A stretch of 62,631 nucleotides of DNA, filler included, from Bipalium vagum (Eukaryota), in assembly GCA_037834085.1 (NCBI GenBank). It is 3 parts of 3 records of this genome, joined end to end, with 100 filler letters (N's around TTAATTAATTAA, not from the genome) between each part and the next. Parts side by side here need not be neighbours in the genome. Positions count along the whole stretch, not along the records: positions 1 to 30,721 come from JBBMKC010265233.1; 2 more parts are not named here. One strand, given 5' to 3'. Position numbers and translations under genes: made by a program. The notes beneath the pieces are model-generated. The model was given only the letters and a program-made list of their open reading frames with translations. It was not told where the DNA came from and ran no database searches. Shown one piece after another: positions 1 through 13,925 of this stretch. Numbering within the stretch: the first letter of the stretch is position 1; each line of letters opens with the position of its first letter.

Positions 1-1813
1 CCGTCTAATAGAGGATTAAAAATGCTTCAAAATTATATAGATATCAATAATTTCAAATATTTCTATCAATTGAAAAAGATACTTTGAAATAAAATATGTT
101 GAATTTAAATTTTTCTAACAACTAGAATTTCCTAAATTTAATTTAAGTGTTGGTGTTTTAATAAGTCGATGTAACAATGACATATAAGGGAATTAACAAC
201 TGTCAAATTTTGAGCACTGAACTTACTAAAGAAATTATGCCACAGAAGGCATAGTATGATTTAATATTGATGGGTGTAGAAAACTCCATAATATTTAGGA
301 CAATATAGTAATATTTTTCTTTAATGTTGTTGGGCATCTAATAGATAAGGTTGCAGTATTAAAACGATAAAAAAGTTACTGAGTTAAGAGTGAAGCCAGT
401 AATCGAGAGGAATGACTGCAAGAAGTGTAGAGAAATTATGACTCAAAACAGGATGCGGCCAGGATAAATATGACTGAGAGGTGAAGGAACATAATTTTAG
501 AATTTGTTAGAGTTATGGTTAAAACACTATTGATTTCGAAAATCAGGCGTATTAGTTCGTTTCTCAAAATGCTGACTCTGAATTCAATTTTCAATCTTAA
601 ATTATTATTTTGCTCTTCTTTGATTAGATTTTCCTGCGACAAAATTTTTATATTCCTTTCATAATTCTTTCTCCAGGGTACAATGATTTTATTATTGATT
701 ATATATTTTTTTCGAAAAAATTTTCTAAAATAGTAAGAATTATAGATTGCATTATTTTTTATTGTATTTTGCTTACGGAATTGTTGCATTTATGATTGAA
801 ACATTTACATATTGAGAAGGATGAAATAATATCTTCCGACTATAAATTTCCCTTCCACTTTCCTTTTCCACAGTTTTGAATTTTGGATTGCAAAGAAAGT
901 ACATCACTGTGAAACAGTGTTGTTAAATGATCAACTTTTGATAATTGACCAATAATCAAAATTTTTAACGATTAACTCCACCATATGAACGATAGACAAT
1001 TTTGACAAGGAGATCAGTGTGATTGTGCTTCAGTTTTATTTGTCTTCATTTTCCAGCACTCACGAATTACTGAACTAGTGTCATGATTTTATTTTTTTTC
1101 TTTTTTTGATACTTAAATACTAACATGGGTAGTAAGCAATATTCCTTTAAGATTCTGAACAAATTTATTAGTGATCAACCGAAAAAATCCAAGGATTGTT
1201 TAGTCTAAGCAAGTCACAATGTGATTTTCTTAACAAACACGATTTATCTTAATTTTTGGTGACAATGATATATTTTAATCTATTTCATTTGTTATTTGAA
1301 AATATGCAGAATTCGATATATTATTTTATATTTGATTCATTATAATAATTGATACAGATGGTAAAATTCAATTCGGTTTACAAAATTTATTGAAAATATT
1401 TCATGGAAATTCGTCAGATTAACTTTGTTTAAATCGATATTAGAATATTAAAATTAAATTTTGTCCTTAGAAATTCTTTCACCAGAAAAAATTTAATAAA
1501 ACAAAATATTATTATAGATTTATCGATTATTATTATTTTATTGAGTAAAAATTACATTTAAATGATTTTCTATAATTATTAAACATTTTTTATTTTTTCA
1601 ATTATGAAATGACTTAAGCTAATGTAAAAAAGTAAAATTCATTTTTTAAGCTGAAAAAGGTTTTTTTTTCACACAAATCATTTGAAAACAAAGAAAAGAA
1701 TAAGAAATACAAAAATTTTATTTATTTATAGACGTTTTCAAAAACTATATTTTATTTAGAACAAAGTATTTTATCTTTTGAAAAGAATGTGGTTATCGAC
1801 ACTAACATCGTAT

Positions 1814-2766
1814 CTAATACTTTTGATGTGATCCATTATTGTTAATTATGGCTTGGAGTCCTCTATTCATTGATCCCACTAACAGGTTTCTAGTTTCAAA
1901 TGTTATATCCGACCACGATTTCACCAAACTTCAATAAGGTCTTTTCGGGATGAAAATCTATTTTGATGAATCTTTCGAAACGACCACAAATTTTCTGCAG
2001 GATTAATGTTTGGTGATAGTAACGAATATTTTTCGGGCTTTATGTTACAAAAATTATTCGATTATTTTGCAATATGCTTCGAATGATTGTTCTGTTGGAA
2101 CAATCAACGATTTTCAATACATAATTTTTCAACACTGTATTTAAACATACATCAGAGAAATTATAATTTCTTCTATTATTACAAGTTCTCCTACTACAGC
2201 AGCAGTCATAGGTCCCCAAACCATAACACTACCGCTCAATGTTTCACAGTTTAAAATGTATTTTGGAGTATAAGTTCTGTGTTAAATTTTCTCCAAATAA
2301 ATTTTCCCATCGGAACCAAAAATATTGTATTGATTTTTATCAGTACATACAGTATCATAAAAGAATTCCAAAGGCTTCTAAAAAGCCAAATCTTTTTATT
2401 AATAATCTTGCAATATTGAAAGATTATTTCTGGTGACTCGAGCTTGGTAACCTACTTCATGCAGCCTATTTTGAATTGTTTTGGAATAAGCAAGTTTCTG
2501 AAGTTGAAGGCATCTCTTCTGTTAGTTTACGAACTCTTATTTGTGGATTTTTCATTATTTTTTAGCAATATTCTTTTTCGGTCTGCTAGTGACCTTGCAA
2601 TTTTTTTTCTCATTTGCAGTGGATCTAGCTTGTTTTTTTAATTAAAATTGAACTGTGTAATATGAGAAAGTTTCAGTTTTATTCCAATATTGCGAAAGCT
2701 AATTTTGCTTTTATAGAATCACACTATTCTGCTTGGTTACTTTATCTAATTTGGTCTTTGTGACAT
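1814..2766 (-). mobile_element. Decayed Tc1-family transposase remnant
   Basis: Minus-strand fragments read GSVMVWG (~2210-2240), SPNINPAENLW (~1985-2020; Tc1 SPDLNPIENLW) and C-terminal LVGSMNRGLQAIINNNGSHQKY* (~1814-1885). Many stops and frameshifts. Confidence 0.85.
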
Positions 2767-5700
2767 TTTAGAGGTTTTTAAAATTAAATTGATTATAATT
2801 AAGTAAAATAGATGACTAAAAGAAGTTTCATTTGGGTCAATTACATATTTTCGTTTTTTTGCAATCAGGAAGCTGAATTTTTAAAAAGCAATGCACAAAT
2901 ACTTTTTCAAAATTAAATTTATCACTTTGAATTTTTATGCAAAATACTTGGATTCCATAAGTTTTATAAAACTTTTTAAAAAGTTTTCTATTGACATTCA
3001 AAAATTTAACAGATTTTGATTATTAAAAGCTGTTTAAGAATTCAGCTATGATTTAGAATTTTTTCAAAGAAAATCGATAATTAAACATTTGTATTATTCT
3101 ATGGTCTTATAATAAAAAATTTCAAAGTAGATTTTTATTTTATTTTTGTACTTCAGGTTTCCTCTTCTTTTATGTTATTTTTATTTATTCTATTTTCATT
3201 TTATTCATTATAAAAAGGCAAAATTTGTGCAGATTGATTACAAAATCTCAAAAATGAATCCCAGTGATTATTTATAAAACTCTTTTTTTTGACAAACACG
3301 AATTTGATAATTGTGTGGAGACTCAAGAAAAACTGACTTATTAATTTCAAAATTGATCATTGAACTCTGAAATTTGTGATTTTAATAAAAGTATTAAAAA
3401 ATGTTTTTATTTTCGTTAATTGTAAAAATAGGAATCTTTTAAAAATAAATTAACTTGAGTCCTAACAAACAATTATTATTATTATCATTATTATTAAACA
3501 AATTAACTATTAAACAAAGAAAATACATAAAAATTAAAAATAGAAAATACCAGGTTTCTAAAAATAGAAACCTAGCAAAAAAATATAATATAAATCTAAA
3601 TATGGAAACCATTCAAAGAAGAAAATTAAAAAAGGAAAAAATTAAAATATAAAAATTAAACTGACCTGAAAAATAACATATAAAAGGGCAGTTGAATTTA
3701 GAATTAGGGACACAAAAATATTGCACAAAATTTTCGCACCGACAATATTCCACAAAAATATTCCACGAAAATATTCATATACAACGATAATCAGCAGTCA
3801 TCCGGACTTTGGAACAAAAATAACCCTTGTCGGAAATTTCGGAATATATATAAAGGCGCGTGAAAACGAACAGTTCGAACAATCAGATATTTCAAAACAA
3901 AACGTCCGTTACCAATCACTTTAAAACCCTGTTACCGTAAAGCAACATTTCAATATCCAACCAATTTATTCACGATTTATGCCCATTTCAACAGTAATTT
4001 TTATTATTAATATTTTAATTATTATTATTTTATAAATTATTATTCCTGGTAAACTAATCTTAGTTGGCACAGTCTAAATTAATATTAAAATCAAAATATC
4101 TCCCTGGTAATCTCTAGTTTCAGCATCCTCTAATTCTTCTCTTTTTTTGTGGTTTGCACAACAGTTAGGGTTGGCAAATCATCTTAGGACCTTACCACAA
4201 GTTACAGGATAACTGTGTAAGGATTTAAAGATTCTTATTTAAAATTTCTTTGTAAATTTGCATTTTTACAAATAAAAATATTTGTAATGGAATTTTAATT
4301 GTTTTCATTTGTCTTGTTTTGTTCCGAATTGCAGGCCATAAATCCTTCTGATATTTAAGTAGTTTATGTTAAGTAACCTTTAAGTCTTTTATCGATTTGT
4401 TAAAGTTTGAATTTACTCACTTTTAAGGAAACTTAACAATTGCAAAATGAAAAATAATTATAATAATAAACAATTTTGTTTAAAATTTTTCTTAATAAAA
4501 AAGTAAATATTTGTTTATTAGTTTGATTTCTTAAATAGAGGAAAATTGTATCTGAATTAATGACTGGATTAGGGGTATCTTTCCATTCATTATTTTTCAC
4601 TCTAAATGATATACAAGAGTAGAAAATTAATTACCCTTTGTTCTCAGTCGAATTCGTTTGAACTAAGGTCATAATTAAAACTCACTGTTTTAACATTTAA
4701 TTAATGGAAAAGAGTAGAAGAGGTATGAAATTCTTATTGAGATTGAAGACTGGCTCAAAAAGCTTGTAATGCAACCATGGCTGCTCGAAGCAAAAATAAT
4801 TTGTCAATTATAAGAGTTCTGCAAACTCATTTAATGGAATAACTGAGTTCTCTAAGTCAGAACTAAGTTAAAACTAAGAATATTGGAATAAAGTTTGAAT
4901 AAATAACGAACCAAGAAATAAAAAAATTTAAAAATTGAGAACAAAGTTTAAACTAACAATGTATCGAAATTATAATTAAAATTTAAATCAAATTTGAGTT
5001 TGGGTATAGATGGAGAACCAGGTTTAGTTATTACTTTAAAAACAGAGTAGTAAATAATCTTAAATAAGTCCGTAAAATTTACTTTAAGTCGCGATAAAAT
5101 TAGAAAAATGTCGAAAACTGTTTTAGCCTCGATAACTTAAGCGCACAGTAACGTTAGTGTTGGTCAAGTGAGCTAAGTAAGAGTTTCACCAAAAATTTTA
5201 ATTTCCCGTTATATTTTCAGCGACAGCATCCACGTAGATCAATTTAAAACGATTTCAGTCTGAACCTTGGAAATATTTCTAAAAGTTGTTTGTTACATTT
5301 CAAATGATAAATTTTTGAAATATAAAATTATTTGTTAGATGAACATTACATAAACAAGTGTCACTTATAGTTTTAATATTTAAATAGTCTCTAAATATAG
5401 GTAACAGAATTTTCCGACAACAGCTTCACCAAAAAAACCAATAATTACAAATATTTAATTAACCATCTATCAAGTGCTCCTAGTTGTTTTCCAGTAAAAT
5501 TAGTCAAATCATAAATAAATGCGATAGACCCACTTCCAAAAATTAAACTCTGATATAAACTAACGAGACCGAACATTTCAAAACCTTTGGACTGTTTAAA
5601 AATTTACATTAAAGTCTTGATTTGGATGGGGGTGTTACTGGTCAGTTTGAAATCGAAAGTTAACATTAATCATATTATTAAAAAAACCATTTACACATTT

Positions 5701-5782
5701 TCATAAACAAAATAAAATAAAAAATCACATTGATAAGAACATCTGGCACAGACAATCTATAAGTAAAGATTTAGAAATGACA

Positions 5783-6925
5783 TTATGCAAAAACCTTAGT
5801 ATAATTTTTTGATAAAATAATTTTATCTGAATGAATATGAAACATTTTCATCGTGGCAATCGCTGTAAAACCGATCATCATTAAAAACATTTTTAGACAG
5901 CGGTCCTCCTTTTGCATCATTTCTGCCGGCAATATTTCCATAAAAACCACATAAATAAATGTTCCAGCCGAAACCCCTTGGAATATCGCGATCACAACAT
6001 CTCCTACTAAGTCTTTATTCAATCCCAAATTTATTATCATTCCAACAGCAATTCCAGTTGGAATAAGAGCAGAAAATGTTGTTAAAAGAGCTAAAGATGT
6101 GATAACAGGACTCTTTTTGGATGCCAAATTTACAGCAAGAGATAGAACGCAAATTGATTCATGAATTAAAATAGTCATCAATATATTCACAGTAATGTTA
6201 AAATCTTCAATCATTGCAAATCCCAGACCTTCAATAATTGAGTGTGAACCTAATGCAAACGTGAGCATTATTGAACTAAAAAGATTTTCCTTCACTGGAA
6301 TATGATCGTGGCATCCATGAGATCTATTTTCTGAACTCAATTCAATGGATCTTGTCGTGGTATATTTATCTAACTCTTTTATGTCTTCGGGATTACATAA
6401 AATTTTTGAAGAGTTTGGATTATTGACTTGGTTAAGCGAAACAGCGGAGTCTATCATAATGCCCTTGGAGGCAGTTTTTCTATCATTATTTTGCAGGCTA
6501 TAAGCAGAAGAATGAACTTTCTTTTGAAAATCATTTCTATTATGAAAAATAAGGTGGAAAAAAATTTCTAGAATCCATACTAGAAAAAACCCAACTGCCA
6601 AAGAAAGACCAGCATATGGATACTCTGGTAACAATGGGTGCTTGGTACGAATTTCCACAAATCTACTGTTTACAGCTGGATATAAAGCTATAACAGAAGT
6701 TGCAAAGAAAACGCCACCAGAAAAGAAATTGGCCAGAGTTAAAAATCTTTTCATTGTTGGAGAAACAAAAACTATTTCGATATTTTCCTCTGAGTTCAAT
6801 GATGACTGTTTGCTTAATTTCCTGATACGCTTGGTGATAATAAAATAAGGAAAGATTCCAATGAAAAGATTGACCAAAAATATGATGGGTACACTGATCA
6901 GTTTGAGACTTCTGACTTTCATCAT
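5783..6925 (-). CDS. SLC39A3: ZIP (SLC39A) zinc transporter, ZIP3-like (subfamily II)
   Basis: Uninterrupted 380-aa ORF with a 3+5 TM pattern. TM2 FSGGVFFATSVIALYP, His-rich loop HGCHDH, TM4 ALGSHSIIEGLG, TM5 ILIHES, TM7 QGVSAGTFIYVVFMEILPAE. These resemble human ZIP3 motifs as I recall them. Confidence 0.93.
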   Translation of the reverse strand: MMKVRSLKLISVPIIFLVNLFIGIFPYFIITKRIRKLSKQSSLNSEENIEIVFVSPTMKRFLTLANFFSGGVFFATSVIALYPAVNSRFVEIRTKHPLLPEYPYAGLSLAVGFFLVWILEIFFHLIFHNRNDFQKKVHSSAYSLQNNDRKTASKGIMIDSAVSLNQVNNPNSSKILCNPEDIKELDKYTTTRSIELSSENRSHGCHDHIPVKENLFSSIMLTFALGSHSIIEGLGFAMIEDFNITVNILMTILIHESICVLSLAVNLASKKSPVITSLALLTTFSALIPTGIAVGMIINLGLNKDLVGDVVIAIFQGVSAGTFIYVVFMEILPAEMMQKEDRCLKMFLMMIGFTAIATMKMFHIHSDKIILSKNYTKVFA

Positions 6926-7257
6926 CTGAAAAAAAACTTTTCTAAGTTGTAAAGAAAGATCTCATTAATAATAAACAGACATTAATTAATAAATAAATAA
7001 TAAATAAAATACAAGTTAAGTTATGAATGAAAATAAAATATAGTAGAGTGGATGAGATAAATGAAAAGTGAGATTTGAAAAAGAAAAATCAAAGATCTCA
7101 ACAAAAGTATATATTTAAAATTTTAGCAGAATTAAAATAGTAAAAATAAAGATTTTACGATGACATCCTGCAAGACTCAGTTCTTAAGTACCTACCTATT
7201 CTGCACTTTGTCTAGTACTTTTACCTATCTGATTTTGTGACAAAATACCTCTGAAAG

Positions 7258-7918
7258 CATAGTTCCCGTCAAAAGTCTGAGCCCACATTCAAAAATTGAA
7301 TTGATTTCATTTTTTATCCATTGGCATGACATCAATTTAGATATAAGTATTTATATAACTCTGACCTATATCAATTTATTGTTTTTTCATTAACATTGCA
7401 TAATTATCAATATTATTCTTGTCATATAAATACTTTTGTTTACATAATGGCTGCATTATATGCTGAAAAAAGGGCTGAAATTTTGATTTTGCGCGACGAG
7501 AATGAATGTGTCAAGGAGAGCTGTTCGAAGTTCAATTCAACAATATGACTTGGATAAATCATTCAAGTCCAAGCAACGACGTGGAAGGCCAAAAGTAACA
7601 ACAGTTCAAACTGATAGATTGATTTATCGGTTGTCCTGTACTTGACCTTTTGCACCAACAAGTGAAATTAGATCACAACTTCCTCCAGATGCACCAGTAA
7701 GCATGAGTACCATTTCTCGACAGCTTAGATACGATTTATCGTTGCACTCCAGAAGGCAGGCAATAAAGCCGAGACTTTCTTTAAAGAATCTTAAAGACCG
7801 CCTTCTCTTTTGTAACAAATATAAGAATTGGAAGCCCACAGATTGGTACAGGGTTATTTTTTCAGCCGAATGTAAGATCCAGCAATTCTCTTCAAATGTT
7901 ATACGCGTCTGGAAATAA
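7258..7918 (+). mobile_element. 3'-truncated Tc1-family element (5' TIR plus N-terminal transposase)
   Basis: Tc1-like terminus CATAGTTCCCGTCAAAAGT at 7258. Reads MAALYAEKRAEIL (7447), RRGRPKVTTVQTDR and KPRLSLKNLKDRLLFCNKYKNWKPTDWYRVIFSAECK (Tc1 W..VIFSDE). Confidence 0.85.
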
Positions 7919-10429
7919 TAATAATATTTTTTTATAACTGCAGAGTCAATTTCTCAAGGTTTTATTATTATTTCAGCCTTATTTTATCATTTCTAAAGTG
8001 AATTTCACTTTACCGAAGCATAAGATTTAACTTTTATTTATCGTTATTTCAACAATATCAGAATGGAAAAATCCCAAAATGGTTCCTAATTATTTAATAA
8101 TGATCGGTGAACCTTTAAGTTGAATAAATTCAATTTAAAAGAATGCCAATGCGTCTTTGATCGAAAATGATATTTTTACATGAATTTTAAGTCTCCTTGT
8201 AGAATTGATTATTAAGACAAACGGCTAATATTTCAAATGTTCTCCAGATTCCGAAGAGTGTGAAATCTATGTATTGTGATTCTCCATTCAATATTGTTAA
8301 AATTAGAGATACTTTCTATATTCTAATGAGTTTAAGATCTGAAAATGTTATTGGATTGGTAAGATAGTAATTGATGATTTTACATAAAGATATTTAATTT
8401 CAATTTAACTCTATTTTAAATAAAATTAAAAGATGATCAATCGATTTAAATTTCAATCAATAGATTAATTCCACAGATTGATTTGTTTCGTTTTTTATTT
8501 GTCAGCTTTAATATCGAAGATCGGAACACAATGAAATATATTTTACTTTTCTATTATCTATTGGGTTTACCCAAGAGTAAAATCCGAAGCGTAATTATAC
8601 AGGTCAAAAAAGGATCCAAAAACTCATAAAACAATAATGATAATTATATTAATACAACAGCAATAATAATAAAATATTAATTAATTTTAATTAAAACCAC
8701 TTTAAGATATAAACACTTAAAATATTTTTAAAAATTTAAGTCATTAAAAATTATAATTACCTGAAGAATTCTCGAAATATTTTGGAAATTCCAAAATAAT
8801 TTCGGGTAGAATCAAAATTAATTTATAATATTCTAACTGTAAAATTGAAGTGTAACTTAGGATTACTGGTTCAAATTAAATAAAATTAAGTAGTTATTTT
8901 ACTCAAAACGTTGATAATTAAGGAAGAGTCAAAATTTTTATTTAGAATTTATTAAAAGCGCTTATTCGAGAACATATTAAAGAGAGCTTTATCTCTTTTC
9001 TCGTTAAAAAAATAAAAATCAATTAAATTAAAGTATAAAAATAAAACATTCAAAATTATCGAAATCACAGTAAATATTCTCTGGGTTACTTTCTATAAAA
9101 GTAGGTTCAATTACAGTGAAAAGTTGAATAACTTTATAATGGGCTTCAAATCAAATTGCTAATTTAATTTTAATTTAAAATAAAACAAAACCAAATGATA
9201 ATGAAAAAACAATAATGAACAATATGGATAAAAGTGGAGACATCGGAAATGAACAAATTTTAAATTTCGGAAAATGTTTTATTGATATTTTGTAATGGAA
9301 TAATCAATTTTTCGAAGTGATATTGGAAACTGGAAGAAATTAGGAGAAAAAACAATTCACATCAAGTAAGTTAATTTTTATATTGATTCTTAATTAATGT
9401 ATTTTCATATTATCCTATCAATTTTACTTTCCATGAATTTATTTCAATTACTATTTAATTTGTTTATTGAACTTTATCTATTGTATAAGAATTTACACAT
9501 TTATTATTTTATTATTAATATTGATATTATTATAATATTATTTTGGTACTTAATTTTCAATAATTTGTCAGTTACAATTGTGGAAAACATTGGTGACAAT
9601 AACAAAATGTTAAAAATTAGAATATATTCCTTAGGCACGTTTTCATAATGAGTTCTTCTTAAATATTAAGTTTAATAATAAAAATATTTATCGATAAAGT
9701 TTGGAAATTATTTTTTCTAAACTAAATTACAAGTTTTTCAAGATTTTCTTCAACAAAGTGGTTAATGGTTGATAGGTTTCTGTGATTATATGAAACCGAA
9801 AAATTGGTAATTATTTCAATATTTAATAAGAAGACGTTTTCCTTATTGAACACTAGGCTATTAAGACCAAATAATGATGGACCGGGACAACTTAAATTGT
9901 ACTGCAATGATATATATGGAGGACTTTTATCCACTTTAAATTTTCAATATTTTGTAAATTTAAAGCAAACATTTTCATTATTTCTAACAGAAGGAAATTA
10001 TTATTAATATCATTGTAGTTTTGAAAGATTTTATTTTTATCTTTGGATATTTCTCACAAAATCGATTAGGAAAACATTAATATTTTAATCGAAAAAAATA
10101 TTAATGAGTTTACAGTTTATAAAAAAATTTCCTTTCCAATTTATAAAAAGCTAATAAAAATAATAACAATAATAATGAAAATTAAAATAAAATAATAATA
10201 TAGTAATAATAATAATAATAAAATAATAAAAATAAATAACGGGTATTCACTAAAATAATGACAAAATAAAAGTTTAAAGTTGTGATAATTGATGTAGTTG
10301 TCATTTTAAACAACGACTTTTATTTATTCAATTGATTTATATGTTAAGCCTTTGTATTGAATGTGAGCCTTTTTAAAAATTTGTTTCTTGATTTAATAAG
10401 AAATATTATATTACGTAAATTAAGTATAA

Positions 10430-11165
10430 TATTAAGTAAACATAAAACGAAAATGATAATTTATTCAAATTATTTTCCATCGCTAATAAGAACTTTCTCT
10501 CATTTCTCAGATGAATTCCTCAGATGATAAAAGAAATCGGTATCTTTGGATGCTGTACAATCAGTGATCCAGTTTCCAGCTTCCTCGAAGGATCGGAAGC
10601 GCTTCTCGGATAATGAGTTTGCCATCGCCCGAAACAAATGGTAGTCAAAAGGGGCGCAGTCTGGTGAATAACGTTTCTTGGATTCGTTTGTTGATGTGCG
10701 GAAGGGCGATGTCATGCAGAAAAATTATTTTATGCTGACTTTTCTCATATTCTAGTCTTTTTTCACGTTTTGGCTTAGACGTATTAATTTTTTCGGTAAA
10801 CTCCCTTGTAACCGTTTCACCTTGCTTTAGCAACTCATGATGGATCACATCCTTTTGGTCTCACCAAATGCTTAGAAGAGCCGATTTCCTATAGATGTTC
10901 CTCATGGGTGTATATGGTTTTTGAAAGAAATCAACTTTTTGTCACCCGTAATAATTCGGTCCAGAAAATTTTTCCTTTTTTGTCAAGGAAGCAAAATTTC
11001 ACGTGTGACTTTACGTATTTCCATGTCTTTCACCTTGGACTCGTGTGGTACTCATCTTCCTACTTTTTATACCTTTCCCATGGCTTTTAAACGTCAGCTA
11101 ACTGAAGGTTGAGAAGAATATATTTATTTAGCATGATCAGTCTGAGGTTGACACGGATCTAAACA
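10430..11165 (-). mobile_element. Decayed mariner (DD34D) transposase
   Basis: YSPDCAPFDYHLFRAM (mariner YSPDLAPSDYHLF), IIFLHDIALPH, HHELLKQGETVT; frameshifted. Confidence 0.92.
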
Positions 11166-11469
11166 ATACATAAACGAACGGAAACTCAAATATCTCAAAG
11201 TGGAAATTTGGTAGATTGTATAGAAAATTCTTCAATAAAAAGTCTACTCTTTATGACGAGCCTTATTTCATTTTATCCAATACACTATGTCAAGAAATGA
11301 TGGTTATTATACCATCAACATTGAAACTTATTTATTTATTTTTATTTTTAGTTATTTTCTAAATTTGAATAAAGGTTACCGTCTGCATAGCTATTAATCC
11401 TGAGGGTCTCAGTAGTTTATTACTTCGAAAAAACAGGTTTTTTAATAAACACAGAAATATAGAAAAATG

Positions 11470-11720
11470 ATTGTATCAAGCGTCCTTTATTTCAAGAATA
11501 ATTACAAAAAAGAGGAATACGTGTTTTTGCTCAAATAACTCAAAAACAGTGCTGGATTTTTTAAAGGAAAACGGTATAATTTTGTTAGAAGAAAAGGCAA
11601 TCAACACTCAAGAAATATGTATTATCGAATGTTTTTGGGGGCTTCTGTGTACTGGCCAAATTATTAACCGTCTTAAATATTACCTTAGAAAATCTAATAA
11701 CATATTATAACTGATCAATA
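11470..11720 (+). mobile_element. Tc1/IS630-like DDE C-terminal fragment
   Basis: KTVLDFLKENGIILLE...CIIECFWG resembles the Tc1 NPIE.LW region. Confidence 0.5.
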
Positions 11721-12179
11721 CTATACGTCGAAAAGGACTTCTTGAAATTAAATTATATTTTTTTTTATTGATTATTAATAAAAAAAATAATAATCAATAA
11801 ATAAAAATATAACAATAAATGAAAAATATTAATTTGGAAAGGTGTAACAACTTTTTTATTAGATATTATATTTCAAAAACCAAAATGTTTGATTTTTTTA
11901 ATTATTTTTATTAATATATTTTATTTATATTTATATAAATTATATTTTAATAGTTCTCATTAATATGAGGGACAAGTATGCTTTATTCCAAAGTATCCAA
12001 TGTTGTTAATATATTTGATAAAATATTATCAAATAAGAAAATCATATTCACCTATTCGTAAATTTTTTTGAATTTTATGATATCGCCATCTACAAAATTA
12101 AAATTATTTCAAAACAATTGAAAGGAACTTGGGAATTTTTAATGGAAATATTTTTAAACATATTCTGGAGAAAGAAATT

Positions 12180-12700
12180 CGGTACTAAAAATTCCTTTTA
12201 CCAGGTAGTGCTTTTAAAGTTTCATTATTGTCATAATAGTTGTCCTCTGTTTATTTCTTTTTGTGTTCTCAGATTCTGAAATCAAATCTAGGAGAGAATC
12301 GAAACCTGTATTTTAATGACACTCACTCATAAATAACGGTAACGTAGGAATTCTCTAAGCAAGTTAAATAAACAGAAATTGTAATCAATAGTTTTCGTTT
12401 GGTGCTTAAATAAGTAAGCACCCATGCTCCAGAAAGATTTCTTATTATATATTGCATTACTTTTATTAATCCGCAAGCATCAGAATACATATTTAAGATT
12501 GCTCAGTTTTCCTTGTTGATATTTTACTTTTCTGCGATGAGGATAACAAAATATTTTTTAACAACAAACAATCGGTGGAGTCTTCCTTAAAATTTTCCAA
12601 TAATTTTCAAGAATGATTTAATTTATCCCAGATCTCTCTCGTGATAGTAAATTCCTTCATGTTATTTATCACAAGAGTGTATGAGTCAGGACCATACAAA
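12180..12700 (-). mobile_element. Possible non-LTR retrotransposon restriction-like endonuclease remnant
   Basis: Minus-strand fragments GPD (~12685), RRKVKYQ (~12520) and LSGAW (~12425) occur in the order expected for an RLE C-terminus (PD..K..KY..GxLGAW). Heavily decayed. Confidence 0.35.
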
Positions 12701-12949
12701 AATATCAGTAACAAATTTTATACAGAAAATTAATACAGAAAACTAATGAATTCCTGTCTATCAAAAAGCCGCTAATTTTTAAAATTTTCTGTTTATTCCT
12801 TTGATAATTGCTTCTAGTTTCTTGTGTTTACCGACTTTCCTCTTATGTAGAGTCTACACACACCCATATATACTCGTACAGAAATATGACTATGAAACTT
12901 TATTTACAACAAATATACTATATATGTAAATACATAGAATCATTTTTTA

Positions 12950-13830
12950 TATAACAATTTTGTGCTTCCAGGAACTTCATCTATCGATTTACTAATGAAG
13001 AGACCCTTTTCAAAGAAAGTTATCCTTTTCATTAAAAAATTGAACTCTATTTTCTATCGTGTATAATTTTAAAGTGATTAATCAAGAAGTCAATTGGAGC
13101 CGAATCAGGGCAATGTGGCTGGTTTAAAACCGCCACGAGTCCTTAGTCAGCGACAATATTTATAGGTCAGTGAGCTGCTTAAACTAAAGCGTTTTCATAC
13201 AAAGGTAGAGGTTTTAATTCGTTGGCTTCCATTTTCTCGATGTTCATCACATCTTTTGCTTACCAAAACACACTAAGAATGAGAAATTTTCGATTAGATA
13301 TCTTGGAAAAAGAAACCCATTCACGAGACTCGCGGTTTCTGTTTGAAACATAAAGATGCCATTGTTCTTCATCATCTATTATGACACTCTTCAAAAATTC
13401 TGCCCAAGAGCATGAAATAAAGTTTTATTTATTTTTCATTCTTGCATCGCTTTTCTAGTACATCTACTATCAGAAAACGTGGAACAAATCAACTGCAATA
13501 TTTTCTGATTCTAATGCTCTCCAGAGCGTTTTGTACATTTTGCTTGCCTAAATTAAGTCTAGTAAACAGATCTCTGAGTAATTCGCTTCTCCTCTTTCAA
13601 AAAAAATAATAGCCTTGCATGGATCATTTCCATATTCTTTATGTAGCTGAAAAATAATGTCCTTCTTTTCTGTCATCCTCAGAAGTAAAACACAAATAAC
13701 GCTAAGAAAGTCAATTTGCTGATACATTTTTAAAGCAAGCGCCGTCAATAATGTCATCAAACGATTATTACTTAAAACAGATTTAATAATATTTACTTGT
13801 CTACATTAATTGTTTTACGTAAAAATTTTC
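12950..13830 (-). mobile_element. Decayed mariner element
   Basis: QPHCPDSAPIDFL at ~13080-13123 (PYSPDLAPSDF). N-terminal HTH-like fragment in ORF 13548-13760. Confidence 0.7.
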
Positions 13831-13852
13831 ATGGACTTTTTAGTTTTATTTC

Positions 13853-13853
<1 letters not shown>

Positions 13854-13923
<70 letters not shown>
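13854..13923. repeat. (AAT)n microsatellite
   Basis: About 23 perfect AAT units. Confidence 0.97.

Positions 13924-13925
<2 letters not shown>

Noticed and set aside
436-789. 117-aa minus-strand ORF and many other 60-100 aa ORFs in the track
   Set aside because: Composition (F/I/K/N/L/Y-rich) is as expected for chance ORFs in AT-rich DNA, or they are antisense shadows of genes and TEs.
6670-6720. ZIP TM2 lacks the His found in many ZIPs
   Set aside because: ZIP3-type proteins also lack it (NALLP as I recall), so it is not unusual.
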